A DNA stretch of 64,000 nucleotides from the human T2T-CHM13v2.0 reference genome, Homo sapiens, in the NCBI RefSeq assembly GCF_009914755.1, contig NC_060947.1; one strand, given 5' to 3'. Below are positions 1-19,450 of the stretch, one piece after another. The notes under the pieces are model-generated. The model was not told where the DNA came from, ran no database searches, and saw only the letters and a program-made list of their open reading frames with translations. The translations under genes were made by a program, and so were the position numbers. How positions within the stretch are numbered: position 1 is the first letter of the stretch; each line of letters begins with the position of its first letter.

Positions 1-865
1 GCAAGATAAATACAAAGAAATTAACACCTAAGATTCACTGTAGTAAAAATATAGAATACAAAAGACAAACTATATTAAAAACAATGTGAGAGAAAAAAAG
101 ATATCTTTGTAACTTGTCATAATAAAAAATGACAAAGTAGGCTGACACTGAACTTTTCAGTGGCAAAAATGGAACACAAATGACAATGGAATAAAATTTT
201 AAAGTATTAACAAAAATTGTCAGCCTAGCATTGTTTACTCAGTAAACTTCCACTCAAGAGAAAAAAGAAGAAAAAGTTATTTTCAGATACACACAACTAG
301 AAAGCATTTGCCACCAGTAGATGTAAACTAGAGGAACTATTCTTAAATGCTTATATTAAAAAATATTTAAAAGATGAATACTTAATTCACGGAACTTCAG
401 CCTAATAATTGCCAAGGGCAGGGGAGGGGAGAGATGATCTAAATATAATCCAGAGAAAGCAAAACAAAGGAGATAATAAAGAGCAGAAAATAATGAATTA
501 GGACACAAAGCTACAACTGAATAAAAAAATCCCAAATTTGATTCCTGAAAAACAGAGAGAGGTCGTAAAACTTGCCCAAAGTTACATGGATAATAAACAG
601 AAAAGTCAGGACTTAAATCTAAGCAGTCTTGTCTCTATACTTCAGGTATACTAAATGACCTCCCAAAAAAAGCTAAGCATAAAAAAAAAAGATTGCTCTA
701 TTTGACTATATTAATCTTCATGACCTTTATGTATCATAAAAACCATAAGACAAAATACATCCAACACATATAACTGAAAAAAGATCACTAATCAGAATAT
801 ATTTTAAAACTCCTACAAATCAATAAGACAACAACCCAATAGACAAATGGGCAAAAGTCAACAAT

Positions 866-4612
<3,747 letters not shown>

Positions 4613-5366
4613 TTTAAAAATGTGTAAAACAAACAAAAAAAGACACAAACAAGTATTCCCTGAAGATAAAACATGAATGGCCAGTAAACATATGAGAAAA
4701 GGTTCAACTTCATAGGTAATTAGGGAAATGAAAAATAAAAATCCAATGCAATGATAATTTATGTGAGTTAGGTTGACAAAAAAATTTTAAATGTTGGCAA
4801 ACATGTAAAGCTTTGGGTATTCTTATGTACGGCTAAAAGGTTATAATTGGTACAGCCCTCTAGAGAAATAACTGAACACGATGTTGTAAAGTGTTAACAT
4901 TCATGTATCTCAGGACTGGGGAATTCCACCCCTAGATATGTTTCCGAGAGAAATTCTTGAACATACACAACTTGAAACATACACAAGGGTGTTAACCTCA
5001 AAAAACTGGAAACATCCTGTGTTCATCAACAGAAAAATGAAAAAATAGATTGTGGTGTATTCACAATAACATACTATATAGTAATAAAAAATTAACTAAA
5101 ATTATATGCAATGACAATACTTTCCATCATGCTATTGAGTGGAAAAAGGAATTTATAGTATTTTTATCAAGCTCAAAAAGAGGCCACACTGAATATATCA
5201 CTTAGGTGGGTAGATAGGTAGGTAAATAGATTATAAAAAATAAATAGAATAAAGTATATATTTGCATATACTAAATCTTGAATAAATCTCATTTTTGCCT
5301 GCCTAATTTTCATCTGTTATTCAAGTATCACTTTTAGAAGGGACAAGAAAATCAATGGCAAACTTA

Positions 5367-5618
<252 letters not shown>

Positions 5619-7052
5619 TTAAAATCAGAACTAAACTTCTATTTAAAACCACCCCACAAAAAGGAGATGAAGTGTGTTTCACAGACCTCACAAAGGACAT
5701 AGGTGGTATTACATTTTGGACACTGATGGTTGATCTTAGGAAAAAATGGAAACAATCTCTCTCTCTTATTTGGAGTAATGGCACAATTTTTAGCTTTAAA
5801 TGATGAATTATGATTGAGCATTTCATGGATTTAAAAAAAACTAGAAAATATTAAATAACTCAATGGGTTGTCATAGTTGGCAATAATCTCACTTTATTAT
5901 CATGAAACCTGCAGGATAATGCCAATAATGGTACTGAAAATATTAAACAACTATGACAACATGGGAATGTATTGATTTAAAATGATAAATATGTGAGTTT
6001 TGTAAAACGTATACTTCTCACTGATACTCAGAAAATAAACTAAAAAATAATGAAATGAATTTCCATGTGGCTACTGGAATCAGTCTTATGGCCACATAAT
6101 CACATCAAAACATACGGGACCCCCAGAAGTTACTCCTTTAAACCAAGAACAGAATATAATGTAATTGGACTGTTAGTGGTGGGAAATAAATCCCATGATA
6201 AAAGACAAAAACTTTACAGAAATAATTTACATAAATAAAAATTATGAAAATTTACTGAGAGAATTGAATTTTACACAGCCACTGTGGATAACAACATGAC
6301 AGTACCTAGTAGACTTGAAGCTTTAAGAGCAAGGATTAGACTTTCATTATTTCACAGAGGAAAAAAAATATCGCTGCACTTCTCATTGTAACTTTATAAA
6401 TAAATTATCAATAGTATATTCCAATTTTGGATAACATTTTCAGACCAATGGACTTAAAGTATATAGCTCTGACACTAAAATGGCATATTCAATTTTTAAC
6501 AGACAATGAAGTAACTGGCCCCAGATCACATAATGAAATAGGTCAAAGCCAAGAATAGAAACCATGCCTTTTCTGAATCCAGTATTTTTCCCCATATACC
6601 ATCTAGCCTTTTTTTTTCAAACGAAATAGTTCAAGATTCTATGCAAAAGCAATCCTGGAAAATGATAAAATATATAGTATTTTTACTTATGAGAAAAAAT
6701 AATGGAATCATGAAAACAGATTATCATCTATGAAGAGCCAGTTGACAGTAGTATTTAAATAATAAGAATAAAAATTAAAATCTAGCATGCCACTTCAGCA
6801 ATGAAAATATCTGCACTGTAGCCACATGGGGCTATGGGAGCCCTTGAAATACAGCTAATAAGACTGAGAAACTGAATTTATTTTATTTTATTTCACTTTA
6901 ATTAATTTAAATTTAAATAGCTAAATGTTACTAATGGCTAACCTATTGATAGTGCAGAGTTAGAATGCATTTTAAAACAGTAATAAGTGGCTCACTAAAT
7001 CAGAGCAAGCATATTAAAATAGTAAGAAATGTCAAATAATTGGAGAGCACTA

Positions 7053-7208
<156 letters not shown>

Positions 7209-7484
7209 TTAAGTTAAGAAACTGCTTCCTAATGATATAACTATTCCAAATTACACTTTTTTCCCCTTTACATATAACAGGATTATCGTTTCCACTCTAG
7301 CCAGGCTTTTTCACATCACCGTCCATCAGTACTAATGGCATCTCTGCTAACTTCAGAGCTAATTGTGAGCTTTCTTACTTAATTCTGCCAAGTTACTCCC
7401 CATGCCATTAAAAGGCCAACGGCATGTCATCCTAACAGAGAAAAATTTAGCAGTGCTATCTAAAACAAACACTGTGGTTCTCCC

Positions 7485-7878
7485 TATGTACATGTTAGTA
7501 CATTTTTATGCCTTTTCTCCAATTAATCTGCCTTTGTGAGTTGATTTTTCAGTGAAACTTCAGAGGCTTAAGAGGGAGTGTTTCCCTTGGCCCCTACAGT
7601 TTTGGTGCTGTGAGCAGGATAGCAAAGCTCTGCTCTTCTGGAAGCTGCAGTGAAGAACCCAGGATCTGATCAGCTGTCATAAGGGTAAGAATTTTTTCCC
7701 AACCAGGCTCCGGGCCTCCTCCTCTGTGTGGAATCTGATCAAGTGGACAGCAAAAATCACCGTTTCTTTCTTTTCCCTCTCCAAAATCTTGATTAATGGG
7801 AGAAAAGGATTTGTGTGACTAGTCTTGGGTATAGTAACTCTGGTGTGCTTTTTGGTTTTTTGTGTGCTGCTTGGTACC
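7485..7878 (+). mobile_element. ERV1 (MER4-group, MER34/39-like) fragment: LTR 3' end, PBS region and leader
   Basis: LTR end ...ttcccttggcccctaca at 7598, followed by ttttggtgctgtgagcagg and ERV leader-like sequence. Confidence 0.6.
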
Positions 7879-8066
7879 AACACCAAGCTGCAGAGTAAGC
7901 CATGAGAAAATTAGCACTAGAAATTTTAATTAAGCATTTACATTTGTAAATCACCACGGAGGACTGGAATTTACTGCTTTATGAGGAAAATAACAATCTT
8001 ATTTGCTTATCTTTCCAAAACAAACCATAATAACTTAAGCTGATGCCCAGTTACAATTCTTGATCA

Positions 8067-8210
<144 letters not shown>

Positions 8211-9645
8211 TTACAAGATAAAAGTTGAAATAGTAGAAAAATTGGAAAACAATAAAGATACATAATTTTGCTATATTTTTTATTATTTGTAGAAACAATC
8301 ATACCTATAAATATTATAATACATAACACAATCTATTACAGGCTCAGAATTGATTAGCTGAAATTCAAAATTCAAAAAACTTTGCAATCCATAAGTTTTT
8401 ACAAAACATGTTTAGCAGCAAAACCTGATCCATACTGATAAGGCACTCTGGCTTTGTTTGTCCAAATTAACATAAATATTCATATATTTCACTGCAGAAA
8501 TAATGTGTTTAGTTAGAGTTCCTCCTCAGACCCTGCTAATAATTTAACCTAACATATAACATATCAGTATATGTACTTCATTACTTTCTAAAATATATTT
8601 TTTTAATCTTAATGATAGAATACACCAGGCCCTGAGGGTTTTGGATAAGAATCTATAGTCTTACACAAAGCCAGGTAGTTATAAGAAGAAATCAGTCCAG
8701 TGAACCTCCCTACCCCATCAAAAAAAGAAAAAAATATTTGTGATGCATTTACACTGAAAAAGTCAAATTATAAGGTACTTCTGTAATTCTAGAAGTCTGG
8801 GTTTATATGAGATATGTCTTTCTCAAAAAGTGAAGATGATGATTATTGCTGGCATGTATGGGAGAAATTGATTTAATCTTTCAACATCTCATAAGTAATA
8901 TCAGAGAGATAAAATCAATAATGTAAACAGTATTATCTAGCATGTTAACCGTATGGTTAAATGCAACAGATTTGACTATTTCCTATATTAAGATACTCTT
9001 AATGCCTATAACTCAATAAATATTAAAAATGAATGTTACATCTATAATAAATAAATGGGAAAATTAGCTTTACTATACAAAGAAAAAGGAATCTCAAAAA
9101 TCAATCTAAACCATTAGTCTGAGCAACTAATAAGTCAGTAAAGACTATCAGTAAATCAATACCATTCAAGTAAAATTTTATAAACTAATAGTTCAGCATT
9201 CTGCAAAACAAAATTGACATCACTTTTTTGAAGCTAATCTGATCATCCTGATTAAATATGGCACGTTACTTCATTACCCTCTTCCTAACACACTACATTA
9301 CTGAAAGAGACCATGTTTTAAAGAATATATTGCCAATTCTTAACTCTATAATAATGATAAAAAATAGTTACTTCAAAAATCACTTGTTTAAAAAGATACA
9401 CATTTGAGACTCAAGGATCCCTGCATAGCCATAATAATGTCACAAACATTAAGATATAAAATATGAAACTGCATTTTTATTTAATAAGATCCAATAAACC
9501 TTAAGGTTTAATGCCAGCTTGAAAAATAATGCATTTAAGATATCACAAGAACAAAAACAAATTTCAATTAAAATTATACTAGATTTTTGTTTCTGAAGCT
9601 CACAAATAATAAATGTGTACATATCAGAATCTAAGCCTCTTTTTC

Positions 9646-9980
<335 letters not shown>

Positions 9981-10354
9981 TGATGAGGGGCTAAAGAGCA
10001 GTGCAATTTGATTACAATAATGGAAATTAGATTTATTAATTAACAATTTTTCCTTAGCATGTTGGTTCCATAATTATTAAGAGTATGGACTTACTTAGAA
10101 ATGAGCTTTCATTTTAAGAATTTCATCTTTGACCTTCTCTATTAGTCTGAGCAGTATGACACTATACGTATTTTATTTAACTAACCTACCTTGAGCTATT
10201 ACTTTTTAAAAGGCTATATACATGAATGTGTATTGTCAACTGTAAAGCCCCACAGTATTTAATTATATCATGATGTCTTTGAGGTTGAACGCATATAGAA
10301 ATGTCAACTAGTTTGGAGATACTGAGTTGGACTTTAGAAAAGAGGTAGGTCTTT

Positions 10355-10669
<315 letters not shown>

Positions 10670-12216
10670 TTAGGGCTTTAAGATAGATATTTGGCAATCA
10701 TCCTAAACTTAGACGTTTATTAACTGCAATTATTAGAACAGATAAAATTTCTAAGGAGTGACCAATTGCCCCAATAACATGGAATACATTGCTTTCCATC
10801 TAGCATGCACTGAATATGTATTAAATGACTTAACATTTTAAAAACGGAAAATTAATCTCCTGTATTACTATGGTTATATGTGATTAAGATACTTCTGGTT
10901 TTGAAAATGAGTACATTAAATGTTTATTAGTTATTTTGTAGAACGTATGAACCCATGAAACTCTGCAGGACGCAGTCCCAACTGCCTAGTCCACTGCCTC
11001 TAGACATGTTTGGTTTTTACTTACCATAAGAGAACTGGTTATTACTAACCATTCAAACCGATGAAAATACCCAGAAGTCTCCTTCAGGGTATCTTCAAAT
11101 GTGTCAACTTCTAATTCAATTGTCTTTTTCCTCCCACAACCAGCATTCATTTTCTTATACAACTGAATAATTTTCTACACCAATTCCTACAATTGAAACA
11201 GCACCGTCTTCTACCATTTCCCTTTGCAAGATATATACTAAATTTCAGCTAACATAAAAGTTACAGACTTTTATGAAATAGCCTTGATTCTTAACCACAT
11301 TTATATCATCATTTATTTAGGTAAAACATTCCAAATTCCAAGTAATTACTTCAAAATGGAATTGTCACACAAAGCCCATTTGTTATTTGACTTGTTCAGT
11401 TTTTATGTTTTGTTTAACCTATTTCATAGAGTACTGCTCATGGGACCAGGAAGGTTATTAGTGAGCTAGGATTAAACTTCCATCCACAGATGAACAGCCA
11501 AGGTAATGTGGAAAAAATGCTAGATTTCAAATCATGACAGGGTCAAAGTAGATGGAGGTGGGAGAGATAGTACGGAAGTATGAAGTAGAACCAATGCAAT
11601 AGCCAACTATGCAAAATCAGACACAGAGTGCTACATGACAGACAGAAAGAAAAATGGGTAGTAAAAAGATATTTATATTTTCAGGCATCAAGTTCAAAGG
11701 GAGCAAGAGTATGAGGATATGGGATTTGCAGAAACAACTTGTCAAGGGAAATGTTTTGGTCCCTCTCTGTCCCCTATCACTTGGAACTTGAAGAAAGTAC
11801 ATTAAATTGAAAAGCCTAGTTCTGTGCTAGTTCTGTGGCAAGTCTTGTGCTATTCACTATCCTCTCCTACTTCTTTTCAATTACTTATTGTTAGCTCTCA
11901 ACTTATAGGATTTAGTCTGTTTTTCTCTACTTTTACCCTGTCCTGTATCATGACCCTTTAAGGCCATAATCCTTTATCTTACTGATTTTCTATTCTTTTG
12001 CACTAAAAATAGTCTTGCTTCCTATAAACCAAATGCAATATTGTACGCTTCTAAGATGGAGGGACCTCCTGTGAAGTTACAGTGAACTAACATTCAAGTT
12101 AGTTATGTTCAGGAACATAACCGAAGACAATAGCTTTCTTCCCAGCCTTCCTGCCTCCATCACTATTAAATTTTCCTCTGAAGCTTTCAAACCTGAACAC
12201 ATGATTTTTTTGAGAC

Positions 12217-12449
12217 TTTTTTCTTAAATTATACTTTAAGTTCTGGGATACATGTGCAGAAAGTGCAGATTTGTTACATAGGTATACACACGCCATGGTG
12301 TTTTGCTGCACCCATCAACCCGTCATCTACATACCCGTCATCTACATACCCATCATCTACATAAGTATTTCTCCTAATGCTATCCCTTCCCTAACCCCCA
12401 ACCCCGACAGGCCCTGGTGTGTGATGTTCCCCTCGCTGTGTCCATGTGA
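12217..12449 (-). mobile_element. 5'-truncated L1PA 3' end, sense to CHM
   Basis: ttatactttaagttctgggatacatgtgcag...ccctggtgtgtgatgttcccc; flanked by tgaacac(at)gattttt direct repeats. Confidence 0.88.
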
Positions 12450-12783
12450 ACACGATTTTTAAAAATTCATTGGTTTATTCTGAGTATTCATCATCATACA
12501 GTTGTGAAAATAGTTACTATACATAAAGGCTAAAAGAATCGATGGAAATTGACTGTAAATAACATGGATTTCTAAACAGGTTCATTAGAATTTTTCTTTT
12601 GATAGAATTCATAGTGTCCAGAGAATATTAGGTTGTAGTATGTGCTCAAGCACAAAAGTATTCTTCAGGTATAGATTAAAAACATAATTAAAGCATTTTC
12701 ATGTGAGCACTTTAAATATGTTTTTAATTTGTACTTAAGGAATATTTTAAATGAATTACAAACATCTGGCTACTATCTCTTTA

Positions 12784-13299
<516 letters not shown>

Positions 13300-15283
13300 T
13301 TATATATATATTCCCTTACCCCTTTTATCAAGTTCAGTGTACGTTTTGCTTATGTGACTCAGACATTAAACATTCATCTGTTAATGTTTCAGTAAAATAT
13401 GAAACAAAATTAAGATTTGAAAGATATAAAGATTTCATGTCACATGCACATTTTTGAGAATTTAAGACAGACAGGGGAACTGTATTGGAAGCAAATTACC
13501 ACAGTGATGAAGAACACAGTCTTCAGAATAACAGATCTTGGTTCAAACCCTGACCATATGACTAGTAAGCTCTGCGAACTTAGATACTTATGTATCCTCT
13601 CTGAGACCACCTAAATTACCCTCAATTTAGGTAATTACCTAAATTACCCTCTCTGAGACCACCTAAATTACCCATCTATGACACAGAGATAATACCACCT
13701 ACCACAAGGTTGTTTTGAAGATTAAATTAAGTACTGCATGCAAAGAGCCTGACACAGTGCCTGGGACATAGTAAATACTCAACAGTGGTAGTTATCAAAG
13801 ATGATTATTACTGAGGAATTCCTGACTTGGTGATACGACAGAAGACCTTCAATAAAGGGAAAAATATCTGCCTTGAAAAGATTAAGTTGGCCTATCACAA
13901 TGTGGTATCTAATAGGACCTTTCTGTATAATTTCCTGCCTATTTTAGTACTGATGTCTATTACTCTAGTCGAAGCCCCATTTCCAAATTTATTATTGGAG
14001 CTAACATTCTCAGTCCACCATTGTCTTGATTTATAGAACAGGCTCCCATTCAGTCTGCCTGCTTTATGAATTTCTGTGATATTTTATCCTCCACAGAACC
14101 CACTATTTTCACTGAGTTGCCACACTGCTCAATACCTGGCAGAATGCCTTGTATGTGATTGGTCTTGGCAAGTAAAAATCTGCTAGTTGACTAACAGTAG
14201 CCCTAACAGTAGCCCTTCCTTATATCAAATACCCCACAAAAAAAATCTTCCTTTTCCTGTCTCTAAACCAAACCACCTTCCTTATTTACTAATCTTCTGG
14301 TTTCATCTCCACCTACTTTCCAACATGGCATCTCTAACTCCGAATTTATCAATTCTAATTGTCAAATCATGACAGTTTGGTTCATATCATTTGTTTCTTC
14401 TGTCCTTTTCTTCCCACTCTGCATAATATCACAATTCTTCCATTCTCAAACATAATCACATACTTTAGCAAACTACTTTAAGAAAAAGTTTAAATTTAAC
14501 TTCCAATTAGTCTTCCTTACTCCAATTACACTCATCACTCTATTATACCATGCTCCCATAATACACATATGCAGTTTACCTTGCATGTATTTATCCATTC
14601 CTTTTTAATAGTCCTTTAGTTTTCCAGTATATCCTTTATCTTCCAAATCAGACTGTAATTCCTTGAGGGAATACCTTAGCACCGCTCCTTCTGTGCCCCT
14701 CACGACACCTACCACACTGCTCCATAGATGTGGTATCCAATAAATGCTTAATTAATAATGGTTTATACGTGCAGACTATTTTTGTTTCAAATGCGAAACA
14801 AACTTGTTGCAAAAAACACAAAAAATAAGGCCAAGAAAAAAACACGGTATTGTAAATTAGAAAGTCCGAGTTAAGTGAAAAAAAGAAGTGCCTTATTAAA
14901 AATAACACAATGAACACTACAAAAAAAAATGAGGGACAATGATAGAATAACACTCAAATGTCAAGAAATAAAATGCCATATTTACTGTTATAGTAATTCT
15001 AATAAAATCTAGTGAAGAAACAAATTGATATCATTAATGTTACATGAATATTTTTGAGATCTAGGAAACCAAAGTGAGGAAAACACCCACTTTGTTCTAT
15101 CCTAGATTTATCACTTAGGAAACACTTGGCAAGTCATTTAATCTCTCTGATTCACCACATATAAAATGGGGATCAGTCCATTTGCCTTACCTTTTATGAA
15201 ACTGTTGTGAGATAAGGAAGCTAACATATATGAAAAGTAGTTTATAAACTCTAAAAGGTTAATCAAAGATAAGATACTAATCA

Positions 15284-15626
<343 letters not shown>

Positions 15627-16675
15627 TCAACTCAAAACCTGTATACCTAGGTTTTCTGCATTCACATGACAAAAGCCCATTGGCCATATAAGCACATAAT
15701 AGCATCGCTATTAACAGCATTAAGAATGAAGAGTCATAATATGAAAGGTGATTTATATATTTTCTACAGAATTGTTCACACTCTTATTCACTTTTATTAT
15801 CTTGAAAACCAACAAAACTAAAGTGTGTTACATGAGGGATCTAAGGGGACAATTTTCAGCAAAAGTTCCACACCTAATTTTTTGTTTTTCAGTAAAAGTT
15901 CCATGCCTAACTCTTAAAGCAAAAGTTCCATGCCTTTAATTTTAAGAAAGGATAATTAATTACACTTTACAGATAAGACAAAATATGGCAACTTCTCTTA
16001 TTACAGACTATGATGATGACACTGTGAAAACTGAGCATAGCAAATGATCTAGTCAGTGGTTCTCTATTACATTCTGTGATGGGGGCCCTATAGAGTGAAT
16101 GAAATACATTAACCAGTACTGGACAACCTGGAAGATATAAGTCAAAATACTTAATTAAAGGTATAAGCGAAGAGAAGAAATTATTCTTCGGAAATTTTTT
16201 CTACATCAATAAACTATCGTTTTACTGTTCTCAACATTATAATTTGGTGAGATTCCTAGCACTACGGAAAACACAAGCAATAAAAACACAACACTGTCCT
16301 CACTTTCCATTAAAAACAACCACAGTATTTTTGGAGTTCTGCCAAGGTTGAAGTTAATACCTAATGAGAAAATATAAAGACACCCAAAAGCTCCTAAAAC
16401 TCCACTGACATCCTCAGAAAGCAAAATTCTGTTCATCTAAAAGGGTTATCTTTCCCCAAATTTAAAACTTTATACTGTGGTAAAAGACATTTTCTTAAAA
16501 AGATATTCAACCTTTCAGAGAAAACCTCAGAATCCAGTAATAGTTCAATTCTACTAATTTAAAAGTGTTTGAAAACTATAAAAACACATTTACCAATTAC
16601 AAAACAATGTAGCTGCATTATAAGCCTTCAAATGAACCTTGGAGTTCTAAGATATTACAATGATTTTAACATACA

Positions 16676-16814
16676 CAGGTGCTCCTCGACTTATGATGGG
16701 GTTACGTCCTGATAAACCCAATATAGTAAGACAAAGTGCATTTAATACCCCAATAAAACCATTACAAAGTTGAAAAATCATTAAGTCGAACCATCTTAAG
16801 CTGCAGACTGTTTA
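16676..16814. mobile_element. Short Tigger-derived MITE
   Basis: caggtgctcctcgacttatgatgg...aaccatcttaagctg. Confidence 0.6.
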
Positions 16815-18684
16815 TCTAAAGGAAAACAATCTGCATCATTAGTTCTTATAAAAATGTTCACTATCAAAATTGATTTCACAAATTAAATTTAGTGTCATTT
16901 ACATTGCTAGCTTTAATTCCAAAGGTCATTTATAATGTAACAATATTTTTTAGATAATTTTTCTTAATAAAAACTGCTTAACACTGCTTTTTGTAAATGC
17001 ATTTTTCACTAATTGCCAAAATTCATATACTACTCTGAGAGTTTGGAGGTATATATTCTGATATCATCTAGTACTGCTTCCCAATTAATAGTAATAACAA
17101 AGAAACACCTCAAAGTAAATGTGTCTTATGAATACCTTGTAACAGCCTTTTAGAGGAATCAAATGAAAAACTGAGGAACAGGTGTTTAATTTATTCAGCA
17201 CAGGTGTTCACCATTTATTTTTCAGCCATTTGCACCTTCTCTTACCCAATACGACTTGCTGCAGACATTGTATTCTTTTACTTTGATGTTTATACTTTGT
17301 TCTAAGGCCATTTATTTCTGATTTTCACAGTATATATTATACTGCTACCCAGCTGTTTATTCCTAAAATAAATGTTTAATGGCTATTCATAAGAATTACA
17401 AAAATCAGACTATTCAGAAATTGTTGTTCTACAAAATAGCAATATAAAAAGTGAAATCAATTTTGAATTGCTGCAATATGATACATTGGTAGATATATAT
17501 TTCCCAGTTTGTTACCAACCTAAAACGTTAACACATACTATAGAATACAGGTGAAATGTCAACCTCTTGTCATGTTTACCCAAGAACAAAACTTCATAAA
17601 ATGGTGTGCAGCAGGACTGTTGGTTGTCTACTCAACAACAAATACCCTTTTTCTCTTTGCTTTAAGAGCTCCAATTTTGTTCCAATATTAGAGAGAAGCT
17701 GCTCAGTCCTTGGGGATGGATCATGACAGATCAAAACCAATTATGATAATTTTACCTCCCTTTGCTGGTGTTTGATTTAGAAGTGAGTACATTATCCAGT
17801 TTCAGCCAATAAGATAATGATGAGTCTGCTGGGGGCCCTTGTTGAAGACTTTCCAGTAAAATAAAAAAGCATAAACATGTTAAGAAAACCTCTTCCCCTT
17901 TTCCTCATGTTTAGAAGTTTTTTTCTTATGTGAGAACCTCTTTGAAATCCTGGCAAACATCTTGTAACTCCAAATGGAAGGCTAAGAGAAGTGTGGAGTG
18001 CTGCCCCAGGGCTCTGATGGGCTGAAGCAGCACAATTACAAATCCTCTACCTACCCACCCACCCACTTACCTATGGACTTGTTTAAACCACATTTAGTTG
18101 GGCAGTGTTTCAATTCTGGCCTAAAACACACTTAACTGTAGACAGTGATGAGTAATTTCCTCTAAACTGTAAAAATTACAGGTGATTTTACATTTTATTT
18201 GTATTCGCTTCATCTAAATTAGAAGTATTAGTGTTCGAGAAGCTCCTGTTGCTTGTATAATTTTTAAGTGGAAATTTAAGAATTCAAAATAAATCAGTAG
18301 AATTTTAGATTCCTATTGCAAAAAAATCTTTATTTTTGGTATGAATACATTAGAGTTGGTTCATTTGAAGGTAACAAATAAGTTTTCATCCTGCTTTAAT
18401 ATTATACCAGAAAAAGGGAAACAACGTTCAGTACAATGCAGAAAATAGGACAGAAAATGTATAAAGCTATTGTTAATATTTTAGAAAGATAAAATCTCTT
18501 CTCACTAAAGAAACTAGATGACTTTATGCAATTAACAAGCAACGATATTTTACCTAAGAATAACTTGAGTTTGTGTGATTTAAGTGTGAATTAATATATT
18601 GCACCTTTTTATAGTCTGTTCAAGATCTAAAACTAGAAACAATAGCTACTTTTATTTCCCCACATAAACTATGAAACTATTACA

Positions 18685-19450
18685 TGGTAAGAAAGAAGAA
18701 CTCTCACACACTGTTGGTAGGAATGCAAATCAGTACAGCCATTATGGAAAACAGTACAGAAGTTCCTCAAAAAATTAAAAATAAATCTATCATATGATCC
18801 AGCAATCTTCACCCTCACTACTGGGTATATAGCCAAAGGAAATGAAATCAGTAGGTTGAAGAGACATCTGCACTCCCATGTTTATTGGAGCACTATTCAC
18901 AATTGCGAAAATATGGAATCAACTTAAATGCCCATCAACAAATGAATTAACAAGGAAAATGTGGCATATATACACAATAGAATACTGCACAGCCATAAAA
19001 AAAATTAAATCCTGTCATTTGTGACAACATGGATGAGCCTGGAGAACATTATATTAAGTGAAATAAGCTGAGAACAGAAAGAAAAATACTGAATGATCTC
19101 ACTCATATGTGAAATCTAAAAAACTTGATAGTGGTTACCAGAGACTGGGGAGAACAGGAGGGAGGGGAAGATGAGGAGAGGTTGGTCAATGGGTATAATG
19201 TTACAGTTAGGTAGGAGGAATACATTCTGGTACTCTATCACACAGTAAGGTGAGTATAGCTAACAATAATGCATTGCATATTTCAAATAGCTAAAAGAGA
19301 TGATTCTGAATGTTCTCACAAAAAATAATAAAGGTTTAAGGTGATGGATATGCTAATTAGCCTAATTTGATCATTCTACAATGTTTATATGTACCAAAAC
19401 ATATTGTATCCCATGAATATATACAATTATTATGTATCAATTTAAAAAAT
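18685..19450 (+). mobile_element. L1MA 3' end
   Basis: Contains catatgatccagcaatc, acaacatggatgagcctggag and ggtgatggatatgctaatt. Confidence 0.8.

Noticed and set aside
15859-15936. Three copies of aaaagttcca(t/c)(g/a)cct
   Set aside because: Short diverged local repeats with no supporting structure. Other 12-18-bp slippage duplications occur at about 4957, 14192, 24508 and 29709.
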